A stretch of DNA of 64,000 nt from an uncultured virus (IMG/VR IMGVR_UViG_3300011587_000017) (Duplodnaviria; Heunggongvirae; Uroviricota; Caudoviricetes), in IMG/VR virus record IMGVR_UViG_3300011587_000017, positions 1-64,000 of that record; one strand, written 5' to 3'. This document shows positions 19,559 to 28,881 of the stretch, one piece after another; position 1 is the stretch's first letter; every line of letters starts with the position of its first letter. A program made the position numbers and the translations under genes. The notes beneath the pieces were generated by a model, which made no database searches, was not told the origin of the DNA, and saw only the letters and a list, made by a program, of their open reading frames with translations.

Positions 19559-20873
19559 TGGAATGCCTTTCTTCGGAAGAAACGCCAAGCCAGGCACGCA
19601 TAGCCGCCCGTGCAGAGTTGTTGTCTGTGGCGACGCCAAGCTGACTTAATGGGGCAAGGTTTGTTTGCGCTGTGAGCTCGTCACCGCCATCCTTGCGAGG
19701 GAGATTGAGTTTCGCCCTGCCCTCATTCCGGGTCATCAGACCGTTTTGCGTCATGGTTGACAGGAATGCAGCCTTGGATTTGCTGTCCATCTGCAAGAGT
19801 GCTTCGCGATTGAACTCAGCATACCTGCGGCGATTGCCGGTTGGACGAATAAGCTGCTTTTTGATGCGGGCTTCGATGCGATCACAAAGCGGGTCGATGC
19901 CGAGGGTAAGCCACGCCAGCAGAATCTGTTCGACACCAGATCCCCACATTGTCTGGCCTTGCGCAGCGTGACCTATGATGATCGGCGGCACGCCCCACCA
20001 ACGGCAAATTTCCTCAACGCTGAAGCGCTTGTTTTCAAGCATCTGCGCATCAACCGGGGAAAGCGCCAGCCGGTCATATTTGAGACCGGCTTCCAGAACC
20101 ATCAACTTGCCTGCGTTACGAGAGCCGACAAACTTTTCCATGATCGTCTGGAGCTGCTCACGTTGATCTTTCTCCAGCGTTTTGTCTGACGAAAGAACGC
20201 CACTTGCCTGCAACCCATTGCCATAAAGCTTGCCGGTCGCCTCATCGAGAGCGATTGCAGATCCAAATGCCTGCGCGCCGAACTGAATAGGCGACAATCC
20301 CATATCGCCGCCAAATCCAAAGCCCCGCAGATGAAACACCTTGCCTCGTGGAAGAACCTCGGCCTTTCCTCTGTCGTTGACCCGATAATGCAACTCACCG
20401 TCACTATCGCGAAACGGCGCACAGTGCGTACTGGCCAGAGGCTGGAGAGACACCAGACGATTGCCGCTTTGCACCTTCTCGGAATAGGCATTTCCGGTGG
20501 CCGCCATCCATGCAACCATCGACTCCCAATATTCTAGCGCCGTCTGATCTTCGTTCGGGTTGTCGCAAATGACCTCCGCAAGATCGTCATCAGAGACGCG
20601 AACCCGGTCATCATTGCCGCGCTTCTCGTACATTGCGAGCGGCAGACATGAGACGGCCTGCGCTGTCAGTCGGATACAAGCCCATGCCGTTGCAAGTTGC
20701 AGAACAGAATGAAGGTGGACACTTTTGCCAGCATGATTGCTTGTGCCGAATGCACCGGCCCAGCCAGAACCATTCTTAAGAGACAACCGCCGATCCTTGG
20801 CGATGATCTCATCACGCGTCATGTTTGCCGGTAAGCTGGACTTCCGGTTTCGCGTCTTTTTGCGAGTTGCCAT
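19545..20873 (-). CDS. Portal protein, HK97 family
   Basis: WACIR, PN..QT..EYW, GNAY, GLSPI, MTRNEGR..LNLP..GGD. Confidence 0.95.
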   Translation of the reverse strand: MATRKKTRNRKSSLPANMTRDEIIAKDRRLSLKNGSGWAGAFGTSNHAGKSVHLHSVLQLATAWACIRLTAQAVSCLPLAMYEKRGNDDRVRVSDDDLAEVICDNPNEDQTALEYWESMVAWMAATGNAYSEKVQSGNRLVSLQPLASTHCAPFRDSDGELHYRVNDRGKAEVLPRGKVFHLRGFGFGGDMGLSPIQFGAQAFGSAIALDEATGKLYGNGLQASGVLSSDKTLEKDQREQLQTIMEKFVGSRNAGKLMVLEAGLKYDRLALSPVDAQMLENKRFSVEEICRWWGVPPIIIGHAAQGQTMWGSGVEQILLAWLTLGIDPLCDRIEARIKKQLIRPTGNRRRYAEFNREALLQMDSKSKAAFLSTMTQNGLMTRNEGRAKLNLPRKDGGDELTAQTNLAPLSQLGVATDNNSARAAMRAWLGVSSEERHSNDDA

Positions 20874-22618
20874 TAGACTCCAACCATTACCGGGTTTGAG
20901 AGGAAATCATCAAGACGGTTGCCAGAAGGTTCCGGGTTCCAGCTCATCAGCACGGCCGCATGAAGAGCGGCAATCAGCGGATCAATCTTGGCTTTGCCTG
21001 CGGCCTGCTTGGTAATCATGTCAGCGTTTCCCTTCCGCTCGACCTTGGCGTTGCTGACACACCATTTCATCAGATCACTGCCATCATGGGTGATCGTTCC
21101 GTTTTCAAGCTTGCGCTCTAATCCCCAGACAGCCGAGGCAAGCCATGTGCCTTGCCTAAGGCGCGCCATTTCTTTGTCGGTATCAATCCCTGCGAGCGCC
21201 AGTTCATCGACCAGCTCTGCGATATTGTTCGGATCGATGCCGATAAAGTTCTTTTCAGGCGCAAGCCCAGCATTCTTGATGCGAACGAGGATGCCGACGA
21301 TATCACGCAGATGCCCAGTGGAATCCTTGCAGATCGTAAGCGAGCCCTCTTTCTCGAAGTCGAGCAAGCGGGACGCGATATCTTTGCGGCGCTCAAGTGC
21401 TATCGGATGCACCCAGGCATGAAACCATCCATACCAACGCCGCGTAACTTTCTCGCGACCAATGATGCCAAGCCCGAAAAGATCGTCGAGCGAGCCACCA
21501 TCTGCGCCAGCAACACACACGTCGCATCGCTCAAGTATGAAATCGAGTGTGACATCAGGCTCAGCTGCATTCAGCCAGAAGTCAGCACCGCCCCACCGAT
21601 CACCATGCAAAGCCATGCCGACTTGGATGTTGAGATGCTGCGATGCCCAGATGATTTCGGATTCAGCGCCCTTGTGCTGTTCTGCCTCGAAATCGGCGAT
21701 CATCGTGTCGATATCGAGCGACAGGCCAAGGTTTGGCATTACGAGATGCCAATTCCGGGGATCGGCCCACGGCTTGTTCTTTTCGTCTACCTGCCACGCT
21801 TCGGGGAACTCATAGAGGATCGGCAGCATGCGAACGTTGCCGGTGATTTTTCCGTCGCGAACGCCGCGCGCATATTCGAGTTCTGTCTTAAACGCGCCTG
21901 CTGGCTGTTCGTCGCTCTGCGTAGAGATGATAATAAGGAGGCTATCTTTGCGGCGAACCAAAGCGCCACGGATCTGACGAATGACGCGGCTCGCGTAATG
22001 GATAGAGCCCATAATGTGCAGCTCATCGATCAGCACGATAACTGGCTTCGAGCCGGTCATGACCTTCATGTCAAAGGTCTTAATCTTGATGAAGGCCTTC
22101 GTCACGCGGTCGCGGATTGTCTTCTTGTGCTCCATGACGTGAAAACGCTTTTGGAGATACCCTTCCTCATCCTCTTCGATCATGCCCACGGCAGCCTGAA
22201 ACGCGGTATCGGCGATTTCCTGTGTCGGACCGACGAACAGAATTTCAGCACGTGGCGTCTTGTTGGCGAGCAACAACGTCAGGATGAGACCGCCCGAATA
22301 TGTTGTCTTCGAGTTCTTCTTGCCAACGAGCGCGAATATCTCAGACACGTGCCGGACGTTGTCGTCATCGACCGATCCCATGACGACGCGGACGATATCC
22401 TTGAACCACTGTCCGCAGGAATCACGAAGTAGCGGTTTGTCGTCCACGTCAGGGAGGCGCAGCTTGCTGAAAATGCGTTCACCGCGATCCGCCTTCTCCT
22501 TATCAAGCGGAAGATCAGCGATAGGCGATTTCCCAGCCTGAAGGCGCTCAAACCAGTCCGGACAGGCAAAGTCCCAGCGAGCGCCGGACGAACGCAACTC
22601 ATCAAGTGTTTTCGTCAT
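20873..22618 (-). CDS. Terminase large subunit
   Basis: Walker A-like VGKKNSKTT, Walker B IDELH, C-terminal KIDPLIA. Confidence 0.93.
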   Translation of the reverse strand: MTKTLDELRSSGARWDFACPDWFERLQAGKSPIADLPLDKEKADRGERIFSKLRLPDVDDKPLLRDSCGQWFKDIVRVVMGSVDDDNVRHVSEIFALVGKKNSKTTYSGGLILTLLLANKTPRAEILFVGPTQEIADTAFQAAVGMIEEDEEGYLQKRFHVMEHKKTIRDRVTKAFIKIKTFDMKVMTGSKPVIVLIDELHIMGSIHYASRVIRQIRGALVRRKDSLLIIISTQSDEQPAGAFKTELEYARGVRDGKITGNVRMLPILYEFPEAWQVDEKNKPWADPRNWHLVMPNLGLSLDIDTMIADFEAEQHKGAESEIIWASQHLNIQVGMALHGDRWGGADFWLNAAEPDVTLDFILERCDVCVAGADGGSLDDLFGLGIIGREKVTRRWYGWFHAWVHPIALERRKDIASRLLDFEKEGSLTICKDSTGHLRDIVGILVRIKNAGLAPEKNFIGIDPNNIAELVDELALAGIDTDKEMARLRQGTWLASAVWGLERKLENGTITHDGSDLMKWCVSNAKVERKGNADMITKQAAGKAKIDPLIAALHAAVLMSWNPEPSGNRLDDFLSNPVMVGV

Positions 22619-23082
22619 TGCAGGAGTTTACCCCAGTCGCCGTCTTCATGAGCGGTTTGCGCATCCCGAATAGCCTGCTCTTTCTTGCCAAGCTTTTCCT
22701 CTTCAGGTGTAGCTTTCGGCTTAGGTGGCGGCTGTACGAGATTGGCCTTTTCGGTGATATCGAGGATACGTCCTGTCGCGACGGAATTACCTTGTCGCAT
22801 TTTCTGAAGCGTGACTTGCAAGGCCATCGCTTCGATTATGTCCGCACCTTGTTCAAGCTCACGGGAAAAATGTTTTCGTAAAGTCTTCTCATCGCAGCCA
22901 AGATGGCGGGCAATTCGTGAGACTGACCAACTCGCAGCCTTGAGAAGCGCTACAAGCTCTTGGTTTTCTTTGCTTTTTGCGAATGATGGTCGGCCCCACC
23001 GTTCTTTGATCTGCCCAACAGGTGCGCCAAAGAGATCGGTGTCTGACTTGTCATCGCCCGACTTGCCGGAAAAATCACTCAT
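22615..23082 (-). CDS. Terminase small subunit
   Basis: GRP motif, HTH IARHLGCDEKTLRKHF; directly upstream of terL. Confidence 0.75.
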   Translation of the reverse strand: MSDFSGKSGDDKSDTDLFGAPVGQIKERWGRPSFAKSKENQELVALLKAASWSVSRIARHLGCDEKTLRKHFSRELEQGADIIEAMALQVTLQKMRQGNSVATGRILDITEKANLVQPPPKPKATPEEEKLGKKEQAIRDAQTAHEDGDWGKLLQ

Positions 23083-23084
23083 CT

Positions 23085-23160
23085 CAGGAAAAAAACCTCT
23101 GCATGAGGGGGACGCGGGTCTAGGAGGCAGACCCGATTTCAAGTTTCATACCCCCCACCC
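23085..23160 (-). other. Probable cos/packaging-initiation region
   Basis: G-run GGGTGGGGGGTA and CCCGCGTCCCCC tract upstream of terS, as typical of HK97-like cos phages. Confidence 0.45.
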
Positions 23161-23604
23161 TCATCGAGAGGCAAAGGGCATGTGCCTTTCTCGCCATTCC
23201 GATGCGGCTCTCGACGCTTCTTCTGCTGTTTTGAACATGCCGAGCCGGTGAGAAACGCTGTTGAGGTAAACTACGGCTCGAAAGGTCTTACCGATCTGCT
23301 TAACGCCACGAAGTCCCAAGGGATTGTTTCGATGTGCATCTCGGTTCTGTGCGCTCTGCGCCATTGTCAGCCAACGAAGGTTGGAAGATCGGTTATCCAA
23401 CTTGTTTCTATTTACGTGATCGCGAACCATTGAAGGATAACGATCTCCCGGCAAGACGACGTGATGAAGGTAGATGCGACGCCCCTTCGCCTTTCGCATC
23501 ACGTATCCGTTTTTATCCAATCTCCACCGGTAATGTCGCAGATTTGAATAGCCGTCATCTACAAGTGCAGGAGCATCCGCGCCCACGACAGTCAGTTCGA
23601 TCAT
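23161..23604 (-). CDS. HNH homing endonuclease with AP2-like domain
   Basis: DHVNRNKLDNRSSNLR plus RGV...LGMFKTAEEA. Confidence 0.85.
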   Translation of the reverse strand: MIELTVVGADAPALVDDGYSNLRHYRWRLDKNGYVMRKAKGRRIYLHHVVLPGDRYPSMVRDHVNRNKLDNRSSNLRWLTMAQSAQNRDAHRNNPLGLRGVKQIGKTFRAVVYLNSVSHRLGMFKTAEEASRAASEWRERHMPFASR

Positions 23605-23639
23605 ATTGTCACCAGATTTAGAAATGGAAGGAGTTTAGA

Positions 23640-23954
23640 TTAGTCCCAAACGCCACGATGATGCAGGCTGGCCTGCTCTTGCTTCTGCTTTTCGCTGTCG
23701 TGATAGGCTTTGCTCAAAGCCTGAAGATTGTTCATATCCCAGAAGAGTTCGGCATTGCCGCGATGCTCTTGGATGTGATCGACAACAGGACTATTCGGAG
23801 CTGGATGCTTGCCGATCAGGAGAACGCCGGTTTGCTGGCAGGTGAAGAGGTCACGCTTGAGAACATCCTCTCGAAGCTTTTGCCAACGGGCAGTCTTATA
23901 CCACTTGCGCCATGGTGCAGCTGCATCACGTTCGCGCTCGATACGTTGGCTCAC
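23640..23954 (-). CDS. Packaging-associated HNH endonuclease (HK97 gp74-like)
   Basis: WYKTARWQKLR..RD.FTC, VVDHI..HRG, NLQAL, HDSEKQ. Confidence 0.85.
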   Translation of the reverse strand: MSQRIERERDAAAPWRKWYKTARWQKLREDVLKRDLFTCQQTGVLLIGKHPAPNSPVVDHIQEHRGNAELFWDMNNLQALSKAYHDSEKQKQEQASLHHRGVWD

Positions 23955-23973
23955 GTCAGCCTCATATACATAT

Positions 23974-23998
23974 GGAAAGAGCGCCACGAAGGGCGCTC
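23974..23998 (-). terminator. Terminator at the head of the late operon
   Basis: GAGCGCC-CTTCGT-GGCGCTC then TTTCC. Confidence 0.55.
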
Positions 23999-24165
23999 AG
24001 TGTGATTGGTTAATTTCAGACATAGCTTACGCTCTGGCCCTGAATCGATGTCTCGTGATTGAGACCGTCAAGGCGGGGTCCGAGCGCGACCACCTCAGCA
24101 ACTTGTGCCCACGTGCTACCGTGTATTGAGGCTCACTATTCTCTACCGGATCATCCCGTGGCTGG

Positions 24166-24195
24166 ATTACGCTCACAATGGGGTTAGAAATGCAA
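24166..24195 (-). promoter_or_regulatory. Candidate late promoter (pR'-like)
   Basis: TTGCAT-18nt-CGTAAT overlapping the end of the NusG-paralog gene. Confidence 0.4.
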
Positions 24196-24829
24196 GAGGC
24201 ATAATCATCGATCGAGGTTGGCCGAAAAGTACCAGTTCGACAACAGCCACACCTTTGCCTTTTGCAGGTCCCGATATGAATTTTGCTTCTATGCCCGCAA
24301 ATACACCTTCACGAATAGCCACCCTCTTAACGCCGGTAAATGCTGATTGCGGGACTTCGTGATCAAATTCACCTTTTTGGGCCTTCTCATTGAATTTGCT
24401 TACTTTATCAGCATCCACCAAATAGGGTTTCTCGCAGCCACCGAGCACCGTGACTACGTGATCGAATGTAAGTAGACCTGCCATTGAAGTATTGTTCAAG
24501 GCACACCTGACCAAGATATAGCCAACCATTACAGGCTGCTCCTTAGCCGGTATTTCCTTGTGAAAACGACGAAGCTTTGGCCCCATTTTCATGGGGACAA
24601 TCACTTCTATATTGGCGGCGATCAATTCATCACGAACTGAAAGTTCACGCCCAGTCATAACGTTTAGAACCAACCAAGGAGAATTATCACCCGCGCGAAT
24701 CGCTGCTGCTGCCCTCATCCGAGCGATACGACGGCGCTCAGCGAGCACCTTATCAATCGCCCTGCACTGCTCATCAGTGGGTGCAGATGCCATTGCGATA
24801 TCGATCTGACGTTGATCAATTGCCATCAT
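24173..24829 (-). CDS. NusG-paralog antiterminator (late regulator, in the position of lambda Q)
   Basis: NGN-like WLVLNV..GRE, PVMVGYILV; KOW-like V.I.EGVFAG. Confidence 0.85.
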   Translation of the reverse strand: MMAIDQRQIDIAMASAPTDEQCRAIDKVLAERRRIARMRAAAAIRAGDNSPWLVLNVMTGRELSVRDELIAANIEVIVPMKMGPKLRRFHKEIPAKEQPVMVGYILVRCALNNTSMAGLLTFDHVVTVLGGCEKPYLVDADKVSKFNEKAQKGEFDHEVPQSAFTGVKRVAIREGVFAGIEAKFISGPAKGKGVAVVELVLFGQPRSMIMPLAFLTPL

Positions 24830-26054
24830 TATCACCCAATCCCCTCAAAGCTGTTTCATAATCGACTAAGGCCGACGGACCACCGCGCGGGCAGAACACG
24901 ACTTGCATGCGGTCAAACTCAGAAGGCCATGGCCAAGCACGCCGCTTGAACTCATCCTTCCAGGCAGAGAGAATGATTGTTCCCTGCGGTACCGGCTCCA
25001 TCAGATCGCCAGCCGTGTGCCAGATCTTCTGAAACACCGCACCGCTGCGCTGCTGCTGGACATCACGGAAGCGCGTTAGCTCCGGCCACGCCTTGGCAAG
25101 CAACGCACGCGGCAAGAAGGAACCCTTCGCAAGTTGATGATCGGCTGGCCCGTCCAGCAAATGACCAAAGAAGCGAGCCATACCAACAGGACCGTAACCG
25201 GCTGCCCAACCATCGGGCTTGGCTTCCTCGGCTCTTGCAGCTTGCGCCTTCACACTCTCAGCCTTTTTCAGGATTTCTGGATCAAGAGCATTCCAGAGGC
25301 GGTCGCGGAAGAAAGCGCCAACAGGCTGTGGCTTCACTTTCCGCTGGACAGCATCCAAAAGGTAGCCATCACGCCAACGTTCCGCTTCCCTGCGTTCTGC
25401 AACCGACAATCCGGCGAACTGGCGCTTGATCCAGTCCAGCGTTGTACTGTGATCCCACCTTGGCCAGATACCGGAGTGGAAACCCACGCCGTTCACGAAA
25501 TGGATAACCCGCTTCTCGAATGCTGCCGTTTTCGGATCATCATCCGCCGAACTGGAATCCTGCTTCTCATTCCCATTCATACTTTCGCTTGCGCGCTCTT
25601 TTTCTTCTTCGTTTGAAGGGGAAGTTAAATAAGGGTCGTTAATAGGTGCCGGTCCAGAGGCGGCAGGGGGTGCCGGTTCTGGACCGGCAGGGGGTGCCGA
25701 TATACCGGCAGGGGTGCCGACATACCGGCAGGGGGTATCAGCGTCTTGAACCGATGAAATATCATGATGCTTCGGATCAAGAATGACACGGTAGAAATGA
25801 GCGCTATCGCGCCCACTGTCGCTTTCCTGCTCATGACGTTCGAGATAGCCCGCACTGATGAGGCGGTTGATGGCGTCAAACACGGTCGCACGGCCACAGT
25901 TCATCTCAGCAGCCATTTTAACCTGACTACGACGACACCAACCGTATTCATCTGTATGACGCCCCAGCACGCAAAGCACCTGCAAGTCGCGCGGCTTCAA
26001 TGCCGGATCAGTAGCAGCCCTTGCAGGGATGATTGATAGACGAGGATTACTCAC
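24816..26054 (-). CDS. Replication initiator with N-terminal wHTH (lambda O-like)
   Basis: SQVKMAAEMNCGRATVFDAINRLISAGYL helix-turn-helix; internal iteron-like repeats. Confidence 0.75.
   Translation of the reverse strand: MSNPRLSIIPARAATDPALKPRDLQVLCVLGRHTDEYGWCRRSQVKMAAEMNCGRATVFDAINRLISAGYLERHEQESDSGRDSAHFYRVILDPKHHDISSVQDADTPCRYVGTPAGISAPPAGPEPAPPAASGPAPINDPYLTSPSNEEEKERASESMNGNEKQDSSSADDDPKTAAFEKRVIHFVNGVGFHSGIWPRWDHSTTLDWIKRQFAGLSVAERREAERWRDGYLLDAVQRKVKPQPVGAFFRDRLWNALDPEILKKAESVKAQAARAEEAKPDGWAAGYGPVGMARFFGHLLDGPADHQLAKGSFLPRALLAKAWPELTRFRDVQQQRSGAVFQKIWHTAGDLMEPVPQGTIILSAWKDEFKRRAWPWPSEFDRMQVVFCPRGGPSALVDYETALRGLGDNDGN
25645..25737. repeat. Iteron-like repeats, probable phage origin
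   Basis: Four copies of CGGCAGGGG(G)T at 21-24 bp spacing inside the initiator gene, next to an AT-rich patch. Confidence 0.7.
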
Positions 26055-26337
26055 CCGAATCCCCTTTCCCACGCGCCCACACGCCGCCGTAATCGACGAC
26101 GAATGAACGCATGATATTTTCGCTTCCGACAAACACAGGTGGCTGCGTAGTGCCGGAAAGCACCGTCAGAAACACCCTGCCAGTGCGGGTCACTTCAGCA
26201 AGTTCGTCCTGTGTCAATTCCCAACAGGAAACTGAGCACATGCCGTTTGTGTAGGTGTGCAGCGCCTCGACATTCTCAGCACCTTGCGGCGGCAACAGCT
26301 TTCTATTTGAGCCTGCAAAATCAATAGCATTTGCCAT
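26047..26337 (-). CDS. Hypothetical phage protein
   Basis: SCWELT..EL....TGRVFL..QPP motif; coupled in operon. Confidence 0.65.
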   Translation of the reverse strand: MANAIDFAGSNRKLLPPQGAENVEALHTYTNGMCSVSCWELTQDELAEVTRTGRVFLTVLSGTTQPPVFVGSENIMRSFVVDYGGVWARGKGDSGE

Positions 26338-26882
26338 TATAGAACCACCCTCTTCCATGCTTCGAAAGCAGCGCGGAAATCCTGCCAGCGTTCAGCGGCA
26401 GCACTGTTTTCGTTCAATTCTTTTCTGGATTTGATATTAAGGATCGAGCGCAGCCGTTGCGCCGCTCGATCCGATGTCAAAGGCTTCTCTAAGCCGTGCA
26501 TTTCTTCGAGGAACACCTTGAACGCAGGCTCATCGCACTTCATTGCAGCTTCTGCCGCGAAATCCTTTTCGCGCCTCGGTGCTCGCCGCACCTGATACTG
26601 TTGTGGCCTCTGAGTGCCGCGCGCCGACTGAATAGCCCGATCGACAAGCCGCAGCAGGAATGAGACCATCTCAGGCGCACTTGCAACGAAGTCTGTTTCC
26701 TCTGGCAAAGCACCGGGATGAAGCCGTGCAATCACGTTAAGCTCACCGTGGCGGGTTTTCGCTTCGATAAAATCACCGCGCTCATCGGTCGAGCGGAACC
26801 ATTGAGCGCCGTCCAGAGCTGCTAATTTAGATCTGATCCGGCGGAGCTCATCCGCCTCCGCACTCAAAGCACACCTCGCCAT
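26337..26882 (-). CDS. Hypothetical phage protein
   Basis: AAEAAMKC..FKVFL..I.SRKEL motif; operonic. Confidence 0.65.
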   Translation of the reverse strand: MARCALSAEADELRRIRSKLAALDGAQWFRSTDERGDFIEAKTRHGELNVIARLHPGALPEETDFVASAPEMVSFLLRLVDRAIQSARGTQRPQQYQVRRAPRREKDFAAEAAMKCDEPAFKVFLEEMHGLEKPLTSDRAAQRLRSILNIKSRKELNENSAAAERWQDFRAAFEAWKRVVL

Positions 26883-27196
26883 TCGATGATTGCTATGCTG
26901 CAGTTGAGCGCTAGCTGTCGCTCAGCAAGAGCGCCTTTCGAGTTCTCCCATCCGGGCAACAAGACAATCGTGTCAGCTTCCAGACAGATGAAATTGCAAT
27001 ATGATGCGAACGCCTTCCGAATAGGAAAACCCTTCGGATCACCATCATGCGGGAACTCAGCTGGATTATAGACGCGGTGCCCTGATTGCCTAAGCTGGGC
27101 CGTAACCCGATGAAATGTGGGATAATTGAAATCAGGAAGCCCGGTCATCGGCCCGGAGAGGTAAATGTTACGCTTGCGCGCGCCGCCGATCGTCAT
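26864..27196 (-). CDS. DUF4406 (nucleoside deoxyribosyltransferase-like) protein
   Basis: IYLSGPMTGLPDFNYPTF, YNPAE, LLPGWENSKGALAE. Confidence 0.85.
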   Translation of the reverse strand: MTIGGARKRNIYLSGPMTGLPDFNYPTFHRVTAQLRQSGHRVYNPAEFPHDGDPKGFPIRKAFASYCNFICLEADTIVLLPGWENSKGALAERQLALNCSIAIIEWRGVL

Positions 27197-28494
27197 TCCG
27201 CAGCCCTCCCCGCAGCTTCAAAGCCCCAGGCATCCCAACCCGGACGCGGATCACGGCAGAATAGTTCAAGCTTCGGGAGATCGGGCCAGATGCGCTCTAT
27301 CGTTTCTGCGAAGAAAGCAGGCTTGACCGAATGTCTGCCTTTAGCTTCCTGATAAACCGTGCGCGGTTGAGTGCCTTTTTCCGGCGCTACAACATCACCA
27401 CGCCGCCCGATCAGAAGGCATTCATGACAATCAAAGCCCCAATGACCATTGCCTTGATGAACCTTGTCCCAAACCCAATGGTGCACGTACTCAAATCCGC
27501 ATTCTTCAAGCACGCGAATGCCCTGCTTGCGCAAACCTGCATTGGTGCACCACAAGAATATGATTGCTGGAAAATCTGGATCTGCTATGCCAAGCCGATG
27601 GAACAAGGCAATGATCTCTTCAACGTCCATCGTCGGATAATGATTTTCAGCACTGCGATCCATGCCGCTTTCTTCCGACCAGACCTCATATTTCCAAGGC
27701 GGATCAGCATAGTAAATTGCGTATCGCTTCCCCAGTTCTGCCGGGGCGGTCGCAGCACCTTTTTCGACGATATGCGCCATACGCGCTATGCGAACCGCAC
27801 GCTTCACCTTTTGCGAATGCGCCCGAACCTGCTTATTCTCAGCCGCAACGCGCCGATCTTCCGCAAGTAATCCCTCGACAAGCGCGATCTGGGCAACGTC
27901 ACTCGGAAGCTTTTTGAGCTTGTCGAGCGTAGTGCCGTTATCAAAGCGAGATCCGCGCAACAGGCGAAGCGCAGCTTCACAAATCTTTTCGCCGCGATCA
28001 GCATCTCGCCTAATCGCGCGCTCTGATTTCCCGGATAATTCCGCCGTTGCCGCAACGAAGCTTTTACGCTCTTGCCTGTCGATCAACTGGCCAACTTGGC
28101 CACTTGATTTCCTGTCACCGCCATGCGCGGTTTCAGGATATTTGAGCAAATACAGTTCCTTGCGACGGAATGTGAACACCGCCCTGTCAGCAGGCGACAA
28201 TTCAGAACGGGCAAGATTTTCATCAATCTCCCACAGTTCCGCATCCAGCTTGCTTTCATCTCTGACAAACGCTGGAATTTCGCTCCAACCCAGCTGCCGT
28301 GCGGCTTCCAAACGGTGTGCACCAGCCGATAGCGAATATGGCAATGCATCGTCAGTAGTCAGGCGCACCGTGATGGGTGTCCGCATACCCAATTCCGCAA
28401 AGGAAGTTTTGAGCGCCTCGACCTTTGACGCTTCAACATCACGCAAACGGTCGCGCACTTCGATATCTGCGATCTTGATCACAAGTTCATGCAT
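27193..28494 (-). CDS. ParB-like N-domain fused to MT-A70 family N6-adenine methyltransferase
   Basis: LSAGAHRLEA and EIDENLAR (ParB); YADPPW, HYPTM, WDK, HSVKP, LELFCR (MT-A70). Confidence 0.88.
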   Translation of the reverse strand: MHELVIKIADIEVRDRLRDVEASKVEALKTSFAELGMRTPITVRLTTDDALPYSLSAGAHRLEAARQLGWSEIPAFVRDESKLDAELWEIDENLARSELSPADRAVFTFRRKELYLLKYPETAHGGDRKSSGQVGQLIDRQERKSFVAATAELSGKSERAIRRDADRGEKICEAALRLLRGSRFDNGTTLDKLKKLPSDVAQIALVEGLLAEDRRVAAENKQVRAHSQKVKRAVRIARMAHIVEKGAATAPAELGKRYAIYYADPPWKYEVWSEESGMDRSAENHYPTMDVEEIIALFHRLGIADPDFPAIIFLWCTNAGLRKQGIRVLEECGFEYVHHWVWDKVHQGNGHWGFDCHECLLIGRRGDVVAPEKGTQPRTVYQEAKGRHSVKPAFFAETIERIWPDLPKLELFCRDPRPGWDAWGFEAAGRAAE

Positions 28495-28495
28495 C

Positions 28496-28612
28496 TCAGC
28501 GCCTTTCCGCGAGCCAAACGACAATGAAAAATGGAGAGGCCGCAGCCAGTGTGACGATGACCGCGATAATGACAGGGACAAGGAAATCGTGAGCCAGAAG
28601 ACGCTTGATCAT
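28496..28612 (-). CDS. Small TM peptide, 38 aa ([38 protein letters not shown]), not in ORF track
   Basis: ATGA coupling to the upstream gene; fills the gap to the next gene. Confidence 0.55.
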   Translation of the reverse strand: MIKRLLAHDFLVPVIIAVIVTLAAASPFFIVVWLAERR

Positions 28613-28881
28613 TGACGCACCTGAAAAGGCTGCTTTCCCTCAGCAATCCGCATTTCATCGACAATCTTCAGGACTTGCTGCCAAGTGGTAAGCCTGCGTT
28701 GTCCGTTGCGGACGATGCGCCACTTGTTCGCCTGCGAGCTGATATGAATGCCGCGCTGCGCCAGATAATCCCGCGCCCAGTCGGGCGTACAACGGACACC
28801 GCACTCAAACTGGCGAGGCGGTCCATTCTTCGCGATATGCTCTGCTACGAGTAATTGTTCTGCCAGCATATCGAACCTCAC
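28609..28881 (-). CDS. Hypothetical phage protein
   Basis: Operonic ORF with overlapping start/stop. Confidence 0.6.
   Translation of the reverse strand: MRFDMLAEQLLVAEHIAKNGPPRQFECGVRCTPDWARDYLAQRGIHISSQANKWRIVRNGQRRLTTWQQVLKIVDEMRIAEGKQPFQVRQ

Noticed and set aside
21152..22432. 426-aa + strand ORF
   Set aside because: Antisense shadow of terL with no recognisable motifs
4880..23082. Gene transfer agent
   Set aside because: GTA-like tail genes are present but come with replication, immunity, xis and att functions
25645..25737. CRISPR array
   Set aside because: Units too short, no unique spacers, in frame within a gene, no cas genes
27788..28615. 275-aa + strand ORF
   Set aside because: Ser/Arg-rich shadow of the ParB-MT-A70 gene
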